Positions 38,077 through 48,325 of a stretch of 64,000 nucleotides of DNA are shown here, in pieces (within the stretch, counting starts at the first letter, position 1; every line of letters starts with the position of its first letter). The DNA is from a virus. The stretch lies in IMG/VR virus record IMGVR_UViG_3300013114_000098, one strand, 5' to 3'. A program made the position numbers and the translations under genes. The notes beneath the pieces were generated by a model. The model searched no databases, was not told the DNA's origin, and saw only the letters and a list, made by a program, of their open reading frames with translations.

Positions 38077-38285
38077 ATAGGTAGGACTTGGTTACACCTA
38101 CAAGCCGGAAACACAGATACCATTCTATAATTCCAGCAACCTAACCCCGCCAGTGACTGCGATGTGACTCCCTCTGTTTTCCAGATAAAGCCTGGGTACC
38201 ACCCCTGGTTAGTCAAGTTAGAGCCTCTGGTAAGACCCTCTTCCTTGCACTATTAACAAAAAGTAATTAGTTTTTTGTTACTTAT
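38077..38285 (-). ncRNA. Putative structured ncRNA (~200 nt), family unknown
   Basis: No credible ORF, GC-enriched, several stems, own promoter and terminator. Confidence 0.7.
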
Positions 38286-38291
38286 GTGTTT

Positions 38292-38320
38292 AATATATAA
38301 CAGTTTTGCCTAAAGGTCAA
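38292..38320 (-). promoter_or_regulatory. Sigma70 promoter for the ncRNA
   Basis: TTGACC-17-TATATT with upstream A-tracts. Confidence 0.7.
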
Positions 38321-38357
38321 CCTTTTTTTTAATCTTTTTTTAATTTTATCCACAGCC

Positions 38358-38389
38358 AAAAAAATAGGCCCATTTCTGAGCCTATTTTT
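38358..38389 (-). terminator. Terminator after the major capsid gene
   Basis: aaaaataggc...gcctattttt, bidirectional. Confidence 0.8.
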
Positions 38390-38417
38390 ATGTAAAAAAT
38401 TGTATTCTAGTAAAATA

Positions 38418-39587
38418 TTACTGGAATGACAAGTTACTTGCGTTAACATCAATTTTAGAAACGTAGTCCGCCGCATTACCAAGAGATGAAGCCTGGTTAT
38501 TTAGCTCAACATAGCCATAACGTGTCATAAATGATACTGTTGGCTCGAATGTTGCCGGATCTAATACTGTGCCTGAAGACATTAGTGGAATGTATGGGCA
38601 ATAAAATGCTGCCGCATCAATTTCACCGTCGCCTTTATAGCCAACTAGTACTGGAGCATTATCTGCCGCGTACTGGTCAACAAAAACACGCATAGTGCCA
38701 TTCAAAGTACCTACAAATTTAGTATTTGTTGGAGCTTCAAAAGGTCCTTCAGTTGTTCTTGCGAACGCTGAAGTTGTTGCACTTTGTAGTACTGTTAACA
38801 TAGTTGGTGAAACAACGACATAGTTACCTGCACCACGACGTGTTCTTGCCGCGATTAGGTTAGCTGATCTGTTTATAAGAACTGCTAGTGCCGCATGTTG
38901 GTCTCCAACGAAAGTTGCTGTACCTGATACTGAACCTTGGTCATATGTATCAGTTGCCGCGCCTGCTAATGTACGTAGTGAACCGATCACTTCTTGATCA
39001 ATCTCAGCAGTAATTTCTTGGGCAAGTGCCTGCATAATTTCTGCTTCAACGTCTAGACCGTGCATTGCGTTTGCGTCTTGAGCCGCTTCAAACGTCCAAC
39101 GAGCACTCAATTTACGAGTTTTCGCTTCAACTGTTTGCTTCAATACTTGGATAGAAAGTTTCTTTCCAGCTTCTGCTTCTAAAGAAGAAGTTGAAGTTGC
39201 TGCGCCTGCTGATGCGTTTGCATCACCTGAGTATCCTTTTGCAATTGCAAATGGAGATAAAGCTTCATCACCTGCTGAAACGCCTGATGCTGTTTCGCCA
39301 TATCTTACTCTAAGTGTATGTATTTGTCCTACTGGACCTGTCATAGGCTGTACGCCTACAAGTTCGTTTGCGATAACTGTTGGCATCACACGTCTGATAA
39401 CTGGAAGAATCACTTTGTTAAGTGATGCAACGTTACCCGCCATAGTTGTGCCAGCTGTAGCTGATTCTGAAAGGTAGCTCTTAGTGTTTTCAAGAACTGA
39501 TTCCATTACAACCTTTTTGTTACCTTCTAAGCCATCTGTTAGGGCGTCTTTTGTAACGTCCCAATTTTCAAATAGATTCTGTGTCAT
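38418..39587 (-). CDS. gp23: Major capsid protein
   Basis: LPVIRRVMP..IA.ELVGVQPMTGP.GQI..LR, VEAKTRKLSARWTFE, EIDQE, AFYCPYIPL, FMTRYG. Confidence 0.97.
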   Translation of the reverse strand: MTQNLFENWDVTKDALTDGLEGNKKVVMESVLENTKSYLSESATAGTTMAGNVASLNKVILPVIRRVMPTVIANELVGVQPMTGPVGQIHTLRVRYGETASGVSAGDEALSPFAIAKGYSGDANASAGAATSTSSLEAEAGKKLSIQVLKQTVEAKTRKLSARWTFEAAQDANAMHGLDVEAEIMQALAQEITAEIDQEVIGSLRTLAGAATDTYDQGSVSGTATFVGDQHAALAVLINRSANLIAARTRRGAGNYVVVSPTMLTVLQSATTSAFARTTEGPFEAPTNTKFVGTLNGTMRVFVDQYAADNAPVLVGYKGDGEIDAAAFYCPYIPLMSSGTVLDPATFEPTVSFMTRYGYVELNNQASSLGNAADYVSKIDVNASNLSFQ

Positions 39588-39599
39588 TTGGAATTCTCC

Positions 39600-40700
39600 T
39601 TAGTTGATTCCTGCTAACTTTTTAAGGTTAATAATTTCGGCTTCACTATCCGTGTTTGCTGGAGTGTTAGCCTTGTTACCGGTAATCTCAGTCTTCTGAG
39701 ATTCTGTTAGTGTTTTTTGTGAATCTTTGTTTGTGCCTGACTCATTAAGTACCGTTGGTAGGTATTTGTTGAATTGGGCTTTTAACTTGCTTGTAGCTAT
39801 GCTTTCAAGTAAGTTGTTCATTAATTCACGTTTATCTTTGGCCAAAGGAGACATAAGTTCAGTTATAACTGCCTCACGCTCACGGCTTTCATTAATTCTA
39901 GCAACTTCATTTGTTGCTTCAGTAATTTTTGCCTCTTTAGCTTCAATTTCTTTTTGCGATTCTTCAATTTGAGTCTTCGCATCTGAAAGTTCTTTTGAAA
40001 GTTTTGAAATATGTGTTCCCTCAGCGATATGCGAACCCATAAACTCAGCCGCAAAAGTTTCGAACAGTTTACGTCCGAACATATTTTCTTTTGCCTGCTT
40101 AATATCTTCTTTTAACGTACCTAATTCTGTTGTAAGTGTCTTATCAACAATAGTAGCTAGTTTTGTAGAAGCCTTGTCTATGAAGTCAGTTTTTGCTTTG
40201 GTAATCATTTCTTTACCTTCTGCAACAAGTTTTACCTTTTGTTCAATAAGGTCTTTCTTGTCTTTATGGAATTCATTAAGTTCTGAAGTAAGTTGTTCCA
40301 TCACAAAGTCTTCTAACTTCTCAAAATTGCTTTCTTGAAGTTTTCTGTCGTTGCGTAGTTCGCCAATTTCCTTTTTAAGTGTTTCCATAACAAACTTATC
40401 AAGGAGCTCAGCATGTTCTGCGATTTTACGTTTATACTCAACTTGAGATTCAACTGCCGCTTTTTTATCTGCTGCAAATTCTGCTAATTCAGTTTTAATT
40501 GTATCTGATACCATTGCATCTAGTGCTTCCACCATTTGCGTTTTGTCAGTTTCATATCTGTTAGCGAATTCTTCACGTAATTCGGCAGTGATCTCTTCAC
40601 GAGCTTCACTTAATCTTGCTTCCCATGCTTCTGAAAGTGTTGAACGCACTTCCTCAGATAGGACTTCTGAACTTAGGAGTTGTTCTATTGCATTTGCCAT
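39600..40700 (-). CDS. Prohead core scaffolding protein (gp22-like)
   Basis: Coiled-coil protein between the protease and MCP; ends LKKLAGIN. Confidence 0.8.
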   Translation of the reverse strand: MANAIEQLLSSEVLSEEVRSTLSEAWEARLSEAREEITAELREEFANRYETDKTQMVEALDAMVSDTIKTELAEFAADKKAAVESQVEYKRKIAEHAELLDKFVMETLKKEIGELRNDRKLQESNFEKLEDFVMEQLTSELNEFHKDKKDLIEQKVKLVAEGKEMITKAKTDFIDKASTKLATIVDKTLTTELGTLKEDIKQAKENMFGRKLFETFAAEFMGSHIAEGTHISKLSKELSDAKTQIEESQKEIEAKEAKITEATNEVARINESREREAVITELMSPLAKDKRELMNNLLESIATSKLKAQFNKYLPTVLNESGTNKDSQKTLTESQKTEITGNKANTPANTDSEAEIINLKKLAGIN

Positions 40701-41330
40701 TTAGCTTCTCCTAATATCTAGTTTTTCAATGAACTTTAATACTTCCTTCTGGAGGTATTGATTTGCTATTGTGTCGTCTTTTACTGCGGATGCAACGTCA
40801 AGTAAGATGTTACCACGTTTACCATTCATAATTTGTTCATATAAAGGGTCTGGGTAAGCATCTGGTGCACTTGGATTAGCAACAAGATCAACTGTTTGAA
40901 TTTCAAACTCGCTAACATTGCCGCTTTCTGTTACATTTCCACTACCTCTTGACGAAACGCCAAGTTTTACTCCATTCTCTATAAGGGTTTTACAAATATT
41001 TCCCATTGGAGTAGGTAACAGTTTTAATCGACCATAACCGTCTTGACCGTCCATCCACATTTTTTCAATCATGTGACTAACACGGTCTAAATTAACTTGC
41101 AAATCATCTGGATGATCTGCCTCGCCTAAAACCGAATATCCAGTTTCAATTTTTTCTTGTATTGCTTTAACAGCTTTTGAAATTTCATTAACTGGGTAAA
41201 CTCTTGAGTTTTGATTACGAGTATTTCCTTGTACAAAGATACCTTGCATAAAAAGGCTTTTACCGTCCTGAGCTGTCTCAGTTATGATTTTAGCCTGATC
41301 ATATGTTAGGTTCTCTTTAAGTGTAAGCAT
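40701..41330 (-). CDS. gp21: Prohead protease
   Basis: GIFVQ...N.N.RVYP, LGEADHP, RVSH, PTPMG, LGVSSRGSG, DLVANPSAPDA. Confidence 0.95.
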   Translation of the reverse strand: MLTLKENLTYDQAKIITETAQDGKSLFMQGIFVQGNTRNQNSRVYPVNEISKAVKAIQEKIETGYSVLGEADHPDDLQVNLDRVSHMIEKMWMDGQDGYGRLKLLPTPMGNICKTLIENGVKLGVSSRGSGNVTESGNVSEFEIQTVDLVANPSAPDAYPDPLYEQIMNGKRGNILLDVASAVKDDTIANQYLQKEVLKFIEKLDIRRS

Positions 41331-41332
41331 AA

Positions 41333-42238
41333 TTATTCAGCTTTGCCTTTTTTCTCAGCGCCATGACCTTTTGGTTCTGCTTTAAGATCGCCTGCCTCTT
41401 GTGGGCCATCAACGTTCATATCTTTAGCATCGCCTGTTAGGCCTTTTTTGCTGCCGTCTGAAGATTTCTTAGACATGTCTACTGCTTTGCCGCCCATATC
41501 GTTTTTACCTGCAACTGGTGACGCTTTACCGTCATCGCCTGCTGGCATACTAACTGGAGCTGCTTTTAGTTCTGCACCTTCTTCGATTTCTTCTGTTTTT
41601 TCATCGGCTTCATCTTTTGCTTCTTCTACTTCCTCTTTATCAGATTTAGTATCTTCAGCTTTAGTGTCCTCAACAACAGCAGTTTCTTCCATTTCTGGTT
41701 CCATTTCTAGTTCTGGTTCCATTTCTGGTTCCATTTCCATTTCTGGCTCTTCTGCTGGAGCTTCGTCGCCCATTACTTTAGCAAATTCTGCTTTTAGATC
41801 AGCTAGTGCGTCTTCAACGTCTACTAACTTATCTTCAATCTCTGCGTGATCTTCTTCGTGACTGTCTACTTCACCGTCACCGTCCATATCAGCTTCGCCA
41901 TCTTCATCTGATAATTCCATTTCAGCTTCTGGTTCTGTTAGTTCAGCTTCGGGTGCGTCTTCGCCCTCAGAATCTTCACCATACATCTCTTCTGCTTCAA
42001 TTTCGTCATCATCTTCTTCGATGTCGTCAATGAAGTCGTCAGCTTTTTCGTCGCCTATTGCTTCATCTATATCTTCTTCCGCTACTTCATCTTCAACAAC
42101 TTCGTCTGCTTCGACTAAGTCATTCCAGATTTCACGTGCTTTTTCTACGAATGCTTCGTGTAAGAGGTCAGAAGCTTTAGCCTCCTCACCATTAACTAGG
42201 CTTTCTATTACTTTAATATAACGTTCGCGAGTACTCAT
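41333..42238 (-). CDS. Highly acidic prohead core protein
   Basis: D/E-rich, between portal and protease; late promoter at 42272-42280. Confidence 0.7.
   Translation of the reverse strand: MSTRERYIKVIESLVNGEEAKASDLLHEAFVEKAREIWNDLVEADEVVEDEVAEEDIDEAIGDEKADDFIDDIEEDDDEIEAEEMYGEDSEGEDAPEAELTEPEAEMELSDEDGEADMDGDGEVDSHEEDHAEIEDKLVDVEDALADLKAEFAKVMGDEAPAEEPEMEMEPEMEPELEMEPEMEETAVVEDTKAEDTKSDKEEVEEAKDEADEKTEEIEEGAELKAAPVSMPAGDDGKASPVAGKNDMGGKAVDMSKKSSDGSKKGLTGDAKDMNVDGPQEAGDLKAEPKGHGAEKKGKAE
41686..41750. repeat. Short tandem repeat encoding EPEMEM
   Basis: Iterated ttccatttctgg units. Confidence 0.8.
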
Positions 42239-42308
42239 TTGACATTCTCCTTTATCGAGGTTATAACGTATGTATTTAGTCTTGGTTTACGGTAAGATGT
42301 CTTAAATA

Positions 42309-42338
42309 CAAAAAAAACCGTGGTTTTGACGCCACGGC
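42309..42338 (-). terminator. Intrinsic terminator
   Basis: ccgtgg-loop-ccacgg with an A-run (U-tract on the minus strand). Confidence 0.75.
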
Positions 42339-42369
42339 TATGATTTTTGTCGTTATGTAGGTGTATTAC

Positions 42370-42567
42370 TTATTCTTTATCTTGGCTAGTGCCATACTGT
42401 AATTGCACGTCTTCTATCTTATCTGCATGTTCAGATCGTGTCATTTCACGTCTATTTCGCATTTTATTTAAATGTTTTAACGTCAACTTAGGTCTACGAG
42501 TATCATCTTCGTCCCATTTATTGAAGTTATCATCTTTTGCGTTTTGTGCTAATTCATTAAATCGCAT
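42370..42567 (-). CDS. Small conserved head-region protein
   Basis: MRFNEL...DDTRRPKLTLKHLNKMR...QYG; GGAG RBS; overlaps the portal end. Confidence 0.75.
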   Translation of the reverse strand: MRFNELAQNAKDDNFNKWDEDDTRRPKLTLKHLNKMRNRREMTRSEHADKIEDVQLQYGTSQDKE

Positions 42568-44227
42568 CGTCTGGTACTCCTGTATCTCCACCAGCATCTG
42601 GTACTTCTGCACCGCCAGTGTCTCCTAAGTCGGATTCGGGTTCTGCATTTTCTGCGTCGACATCAGTAGGTTGGAAACTATCTACGTCTGAGCCTCGTAA
42701 TCCCATTCCACCCAAGTCACCGGTTGCTGAGCCCGATGGTTTATTACCTGCTTGGTTTTCTTCTTTCCACATTCTTTCATTCTCAACCATTTCTTCTTCG
42801 TTAAGTCCTAAGTATCTTGCAAGTATAAATCTTCTTGATAGATAAGGAACACCTTCAATAGAACTGAATAGATTTGCTTTTTGTGCATCAATTTCAATTG
42901 TTCTATATTGTGAGAAACTTTGTGGTTCAGTAAATGATAAATCAAATAAACTAGCACTAATATCTAGTCCTCTGTGTTTACAAAATAATTTAAACTCATG
43001 GTCTAATGCTTGTTGTAGTGTTAGTTGTAATCTTTCACAATACTTCGCAAAACGGAATTCTTGAATCATTGCTGTACCTATACGTCCGTCATTAAACGCC
43101 GCTATACCGTCTTCACTTCCAGTAGGAAGGTACGATGTTGGTACACGAAGTCCACGCATTAACTTGTTATTAAAGTATTTTAAATCATCAATCTCACCAA
43201 GGTTTTCACCACCCGGTAAAACTTCAACTTTAGATCCACGTCCTTCTGCTGTTTGTGCAAAGAAATAATCTTCCATTATTGATAACGGATTATAAGCCGC
43301 ATCAACAACTTTAGTACCACCACCACTCATATTTGGAATACGTGTTTGGTGTACCTCGTTTTTAACTCTTTCAACAAAGCCCATTGCTTTGTGTGCTGGC
43401 ATATTACCTACGTCAATATAGAACACACGTCTTTCAGGTGCTCTTTGTACACGATAGATAATAATACTATCTTCTAATAATTCTTTTTGTTTATAAACTT
43501 TAAATACAGGTTCTAAAATACTATCACCAAATGGCCAGTTACTATTCATTCCATCTGATAAACTAACATGTACTACATGCGTAGAGTCTACTGCAAATTC
43601 TGAATTCATACCTGATGAGTTTGGTGTTACAATACCTGCATTTCCTTTTCCTACTGTATAACCTGTTGTAGGATTAACTGCTGTAGCATCTTGATGTTTT
43701 TTAGTATCTGTTGCTACTAACTCTTGTAAGTTAAGTGCAATATTTTTAATAACGTATTGATCAATTCTTCTGCCTTCGCTTTCATTGACAATTGTTTTTA
43801 CTACATCACCGGATTGTACCGCAATAAGTTTATATGTTTCTGGATCTCTAATAAAAAATTGATCTCCATATTTAATGCAAGATCTAAACATAGAAAAAAT
43901 TCTACGTTCAAAGTTATTAATGTTAACCCATTGTTTTAATGTAGTTTCTAATGCAGTTACTTCTGAATCAGTTGGATTTGTTTTATATTGAATTTCAAAT
44001 GGTATATTAGATTCTGGATGTAATTGTGTACTAAATTCTGCAATTGTATCAAGTGCCGCATTAATTTCACTGTCTTGATCCATTTGATCATATTGTGTGT
44101 AACGTTCAATACGGTTTGGTTGGCCCGAGTATACCTCTGGTAGCCAACTCTGCCAACGGCTGGTATTCGCTGATCCGCTTGTTCCATCCATTGGATTATA
44201 TCTTGTAAAGTGTTTTTTCCAACTCAT
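42557..44227 (-). CDS. gp20: Portal protein
   Basis: LLEDSIIIYRVQRAPERRVFYIDVGNMP, EDYFF, GRGSKVEVLPGG, YFNNKL..GLRVP; late promoter at 44252-44260. Confidence 0.97.
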   Translation of the reverse strand: MSWKKHFTRYNPMDGTSGSANTSRWQSWLPEVYSGQPNRIERYTQYDQMDQDSEINAALDTIAEFSTQLHPESNIPFEIQYKTNPTDSEVTALETTLKQWVNINNFERRIFSMFRSCIKYGDQFFIRDPETYKLIAVQSGDVVKTIVNESEGRRIDQYVIKNIALNLQELVATDTKKHQDATAVNPTTGYTVGKGNAGIVTPNSSGMNSEFAVDSTHVVHVSLSDGMNSNWPFGDSILEPVFKVYKQKELLEDSIIIYRVQRAPERRVFYIDVGNMPAHKAMGFVERVKNEVHQTRIPNMSGGGTKVVDAAYNPLSIMEDYFFAQTAEGRGSKVEVLPGGENLGEIDDLKYFNNKLMRGLRVPTSYLPTGSEDGIAAFNDGRIGTAMIQEFRFAKYCERLQLTLQQALDHEFKLFCKHRGLDISASLFDLSFTEPQSFSQYRTIEIDAQKANLFSSIEGVPYLSRRFILARYLGLNEEEMVENERMWKEENQAGNKPSGSATGDLGGMGLRGSDVDSFQPTDVDAENAEPESDLGDTGGAEVPDAGGDTGVPDDAI

Positions 44228-44266
44228 AGTGTGTTTTGCCTCATTCTATTTGTATTTATCTATTGT

Positions 44267-46264
44267 TTAACCGTTTATGTAACCCATTGCAATTCTGGCT
44301 TCTTTGCTAAACTGAATATTCTCTTTTATTTGAATTTCTTTTTCAAGTGATGTTATCATTAATTTTGTTAATCTTATCTGTTCCTCTATTTGCCTTTTCT
44401 TTGCGTTTCCTACCGCACCAGAAAAATCCCTAGGAGTATTAGTTATTATATTAGGATTTGTAAGAGTTGTCAACCTTTCTTTCAACATTGGAAGGTCTTT
44501 TTCAGTTGCATTTGCTGGTAAATCAGCTACATTTTCTAAAACAGTCGTAGCTGACACTTTAGATGTGTCATTTTTACTAGAATTTACTGTATTATCTTTA
44601 GATTCTACTGTAGCATCGCTATCTTCTTTATAATCATTAAATAAACCATTTAACCAATCTGAACCATCAGCTAATAATCCAGTTACAAATTCCAACTTCT
44701 CACCCATATCTTGCATAGGATATGTAATAAACTCTTGGGCTGTTAGAAACATTTTTGACATATCATTCATTGCTACAGTTGATTTACCACTTGCTTCTTG
44801 CATTTTTGCTTGAATCTTTTTTTGTTCTTCCATATTTACGCCTTCTAACTTACCAAAGTTTTGCATTATTAAGTATAAACTATTTTGCAAACTCTGTACT
44901 CTACCAATACCTTGATTACCTGCGGCAACGGCCGCTAATCTTTCTCTATCATATGTTGCTAATATATCTATTAAAAAAGTTTCAGATAATTTACCACCTG
45001 TAGTTTCTGCATCTTGAACTGTTTCATTAATTTTTGTAAGTAATCCAGGAAGTGCTACTTCTAAAGCACCTACTGCTTCACCATCCATTGCACGTAATAC
45101 TTGTATAATATCAAAATTACCCATATTGTGAGAAAACTGAGCTGTTGCATTATTCATTGCTGTTTGTACTTGTCCCAATAAATCAGATGGTCCAACATCT
45201 GAAAATAGAGAAATTTGTTTTGCAAGAGATTCAACTACGTCTGCTGTTTTTTCTAATCCTTGATCTTCTATTGCCGCAAGTCCTGCCGCTAAGTTTGTGT
45301 CTGACAATGCACCTAACATTTTTGCCATTGTCTCACCTCTAGTAAGTGCTGTTAAGTTTGCTATTGCTCCTGATTCAAGTACTAATGATTTAAAACTAGC
45401 CTCAAGTGCTTCACCTTCTCCTACTAGTTGTTTATCTAACTGTCCTGTTATACGTTGCGTTTCTATATAACCTGCATAAGCATTCATTAAATCTACGTTT
45501 GACATACCCAAGTCACCTAATATTTCTGAATTATCAGAAAGTCTTTTAAACATTCCTATATATGCTTGAGCACCTCGAGATACATCTCCGCCTATGCCTA
45601 CCATTGTTCCACCAAAATTACTAATAATTGATGCAAAACTTTTATACGTTATACCTGCTTGAAAACTGTCTTTATATAATTGATCAAATACATCAGCAGT
45701 GTCATATACAATAGCACCGGAGTCTATCATCATTTTTTGTACTTCAGCAAACTGTTCAAACTTGGCTGCATTCCAACCTGCCCATGCTAACCCAATATCT
45801 ACTGCTACGTTGGCTACTTGTCCTAAAGTTTTTGTCATCATCTTAGCAAATGGAATTTGTGCCGCTGTACTTTTGTCTAACTTGCCTGACGCTCCTTTAA
45901 GTTTCTTTACTATATCTTCAGTCGCACTAACCATACTAGTTAATGGCTTCTCTGAATCACCAAAGAAAGTAGCAGTGTCTTTTATTTGCTGTGCACCTTT
46001 TAATAATAAACTTGATCTACCTTTTGCATTTTCTTCATTTGCCTTAGAATTTTTTACTCCAATTTGTAAATTCTTTTCTACTGCTTCTATAATTTCATCA
46101 TCTAACTTAGTGTTCTTTTTAACATCACCTAACATTTCTTTAGTAAGAGAAACTGCATTCTTTGATTGCATTGCCAATGCTTCCATTGTTGTTTCACTTG
46201 CCCAAGCTGGTACCTGAAGTATTAAATCATCTGAAATTGGTATTTGATTTGTTTTATCAGCCAT
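44267..46264 (-). CDS. Tape-measure-like protein 2
   Basis: Long helical, Ala/Gly-rich; paralog of the upstream gene. Confidence 0.6.
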   Translation of the reverse strand: MADKTNQIPISDDLILQVPAWASETTMEALAMQSKNAVSLTKEMLGDVKKNTKLDDEIIEAVEKNLQIGVKNSKANEENAKGRSSLLLKGAQQIKDTATFFGDSEKPLTSMVSATEDIVKKLKGASGKLDKSTAAQIPFAKMMTKTLGQVANVAVDIGLAWAGWNAAKFEQFAEVQKMMIDSGAIVYDTADVFDQLYKDSFQAGITYKSFASIISNFGGTMVGIGGDVSRGAQAYIGMFKRLSDNSEILGDLGMSNVDLMNAYAGYIETQRITGQLDKQLVGEGEALEASFKSLVLESGAIANLTALTRGETMAKMLGALSDTNLAAGLAAIEDQGLEKTADVVESLAKQISLFSDVGPSDLLGQVQTAMNNATAQFSHNMGNFDIIQVLRAMDGEAVGALEVALPGLLTKINETVQDAETTGGKLSETFLIDILATYDRERLAAVAAGNQGIGRVQSLQNSLYLIMQNFGKLEGVNMEEQKKIQAKMQEASGKSTVAMNDMSKMFLTAQEFITYPMQDMGEKLEFVTGLLADGSDWLNGLFNDYKEDSDATVESKDNTVNSSKNDTSKVSATTVLENVADLPANATEKDLPMLKERLTTLTNPNIITNTPRDFSGAVGNAKKRQIEEQIRLTKLMITSLEKEIQIKENIQFSKEARIAMGYING

Positions 46265-48219
46265 TATTCAACTGTTGCCTCCTCTTTTCCTAATAATTCA
46301 ACTTTCTTTGCTTGTAACTTTTCTTGGTATGATAATAATTCATTTAATTCATCTTGTTGATCCATTAATAAGTTCTCTAAGTTTTGTCTTTGTTCATCTG
46401 TAATTTTTTCTCCCTCAATAACTTCACCAGTTTCAGGATCTGTCCAATCAGGTGCCATTCCATCTTTAGCATCTAATATTGCTTGTAACTCATCTGTAGA
46501 TTCTCTCATTTGTTTAATTTGCATCTCAACTATTTGGACATTAGATACAACATTACCTTCATTTATTTGTGATAACCTTTTGTCATGTATTGAAGCTCTG
46601 TGTTCTTCCCAAAAAGTTTCAAATCTATTATCACCTTGTTCGTCACCATGAAAAAGTTTGCTTACGCCTCTACCAAATCTCATCAAACTTCCAGATAACG
46701 TTCTAAATCCAGTTGCCATGCTACCAAATCCAGGTGTTAATAGCTCTTGCATTTCTTGGAATGCAATTGCCATATTATTCATTACTTCTATACTAGTATC
46801 TGCATTATCAGCAAGATTTGCATAATAACCTGATGTTAATGTATCTGTGTCTGACATTAAAAACTCTTCAGCACCTGCCGCTGTTTTAGCTGATGCAAGT
46901 AATGCGTTAAGTGCTTCAAGGTTAGGATCACCTGCTGTTACTTTAAATGGTACATCTCTTATTAATTTAAAAAACTTCTTATAAGCATCTACTGTTTCTG
47001 CTTCAGTTTTAAATTGCCCTGTACCTATTTTTTCAACAAGATCAATAAGTGCTTCTGACGCACCTGGAGCACCTTGTAAAGTTTCTATCATTGTTTTGCT
47101 TATATTATTTGCCGCTGTCTGATCAAAACTAATATCACCCACGAATCCTGTTATGACACTTTCCATGGCTCCAGCAAAATCTGCACCAAATAATTGTTCA
47201 TTTAATACTCTAACAAGACCGGTTGCGTCTGAAATGTTTTTACTAGCTTGTTCGCCATATGTTTTTTCAATAAATGCTTTATTTTGCAACAACCCAACCC
47301 TTAAATCAACATTATTCCTTGCCTCATCTCTTAATCTTAATGCTTCTTCTCTTTGCATTCCAAAAACATCACCAGTAAATAATGCAAGGTTATTTGCTGA
47401 TCTATATGAATCGATTACTCTTTTTCTACCAACTTCATTCATGGAAGTTAATTCTCCTAGCTGATATAATGTTTGTATTTCTTGAGCAATGAATCTAGTT
47501 TGGTCTTGTATTCCCATTCCAAAGTCTCTAAATGTTTTGTCTTGATCAATTTCTTTTGCAAACTCTGCTAATCTTAAAGCACCTTCGAATAAATTTTCTT
47601 CTGCTTGAACAAGAAACGGTTTAGACTCTGCCATTAAATCAGTAAAGTCTTTTAGTCCCATTCCTAAATCTCTAGTTGCAAATCTTAAGTTAGTCCAATG
47701 ATCTACATCACTTACTACTGCACCAAAGTCTATTAACTGTCTAGCTTGTTTTTCTTGCTCGGTTAATAACTTTGCAAAAATTATACCCATACCTGTTGCT
47801 ACTACAAGTGGAGTACCTGCATGTCTTGCCACCATTTTAAGACCCGAAGCCCATTTTCCCATTCCTGCTCCCATGTTTGACACACCTATACCAGCATTTG
47901 CCATAATCTTTGCTGCCTCGTGTGCTAATTCAGCGGTAGCATTAACAGGATCACTGCTTTTCATTATTACATTCATTGCACCGCCTGCTACTTTTGTGGC
48001 TTTTACAGTAGCTTCACCGGATGCTGTAACTAGATCTTCTGCTTCTTCTGCGTCAGCACTTAATGCTCTTATAGACGCCGCATCTTTTTTACCTAGCACA
48101 GCCGCAATCATGGCCATAGTAGAATTGTTTATGGTCATGCTAGAGCTTACTTTTTCTAATGTAATCTCAGTTGCCCAAGGATACTGTTGATAAATTAGGT
48201 CTATTTGTTGTTGGTCCAT
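46264..48219 (-). CDS. Tape-measure-like protein 1
   Basis: Long helical, Ala/Gly-rich; divergent from the gp26-like gene. Confidence 0.6.
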   Translation of the reverse strand: MDQQQIDLIYQQYPWATEITLEKVSSSMTINNSTMAMIAAVLGKKDAASIRALSADAEEAEDLVTASGEATVKATKVAGGAMNVIMKSSDPVNATAELAHEAAKIMANAGIGVSNMGAGMGKWASGLKMVARHAGTPLVVATGMGIIFAKLLTEQEKQARQLIDFGAVVSDVDHWTNLRFATRDLGMGLKDFTDLMAESKPFLVQAEENLFEGALRLAEFAKEIDQDKTFRDFGMGIQDQTRFIAQEIQTLYQLGELTSMNEVGRKRVIDSYRSANNLALFTGDVFGMQREEALRLRDEARNNVDLRVGLLQNKAFIEKTYGEQASKNISDATGLVRVLNEQLFGADFAGAMESVITGFVGDISFDQTAANNISKTMIETLQGAPGASEALIDLVEKIGTGQFKTEAETVDAYKKFFKLIRDVPFKVTAGDPNLEALNALLASAKTAAGAEEFLMSDTDTLTSGYYANLADNADTSIEVMNNMAIAFQEMQELLTPGFGSMATGFRTLSGSLMRFGRGVSKLFHGDEQGDNRFETFWEEHRASIHDKRLSQINEGNVVSNVQIVEMQIKQMRESTDELQAILDAKDGMAPDWTDPETGEVIEGEKITDEQRQNLENLLMDQQDELNELLSYQEKLQAKKVELLGKEEATVE

Positions 48220-48248
48220 AATGCTTTATTAAGTGGTATTTTAATTCA

Positions 48249-48285
48249 GATAAATACTATTGTATATACGTTACTACTATTTATG
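48249..48285. promoter_or_regulatory. Face-to-face late promoters
   Basis: GATAAATAC (plus, 48249-48257) and CATAAATAG (minus, 48277-48285). Confidence 0.65.
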
Positions 48286-48325
48286 GAAATCATAATATAC
48301 GTATATAATTGGAGAAATACAAAAC

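Noticed and set aside
38077-38285. SRP, 6S or tmRNA identity for the ncRNA after the major capsid gene
   Set aside because: No CAGG-stem-GNRA-AGCA helix 8, no end-to-end rod pairing, and no T-arm or CCA end
38282-38482. 66-aa ORF overlapping the MCP 3' end
   Set aside because: It runs through a terminator and a promoter; not credible
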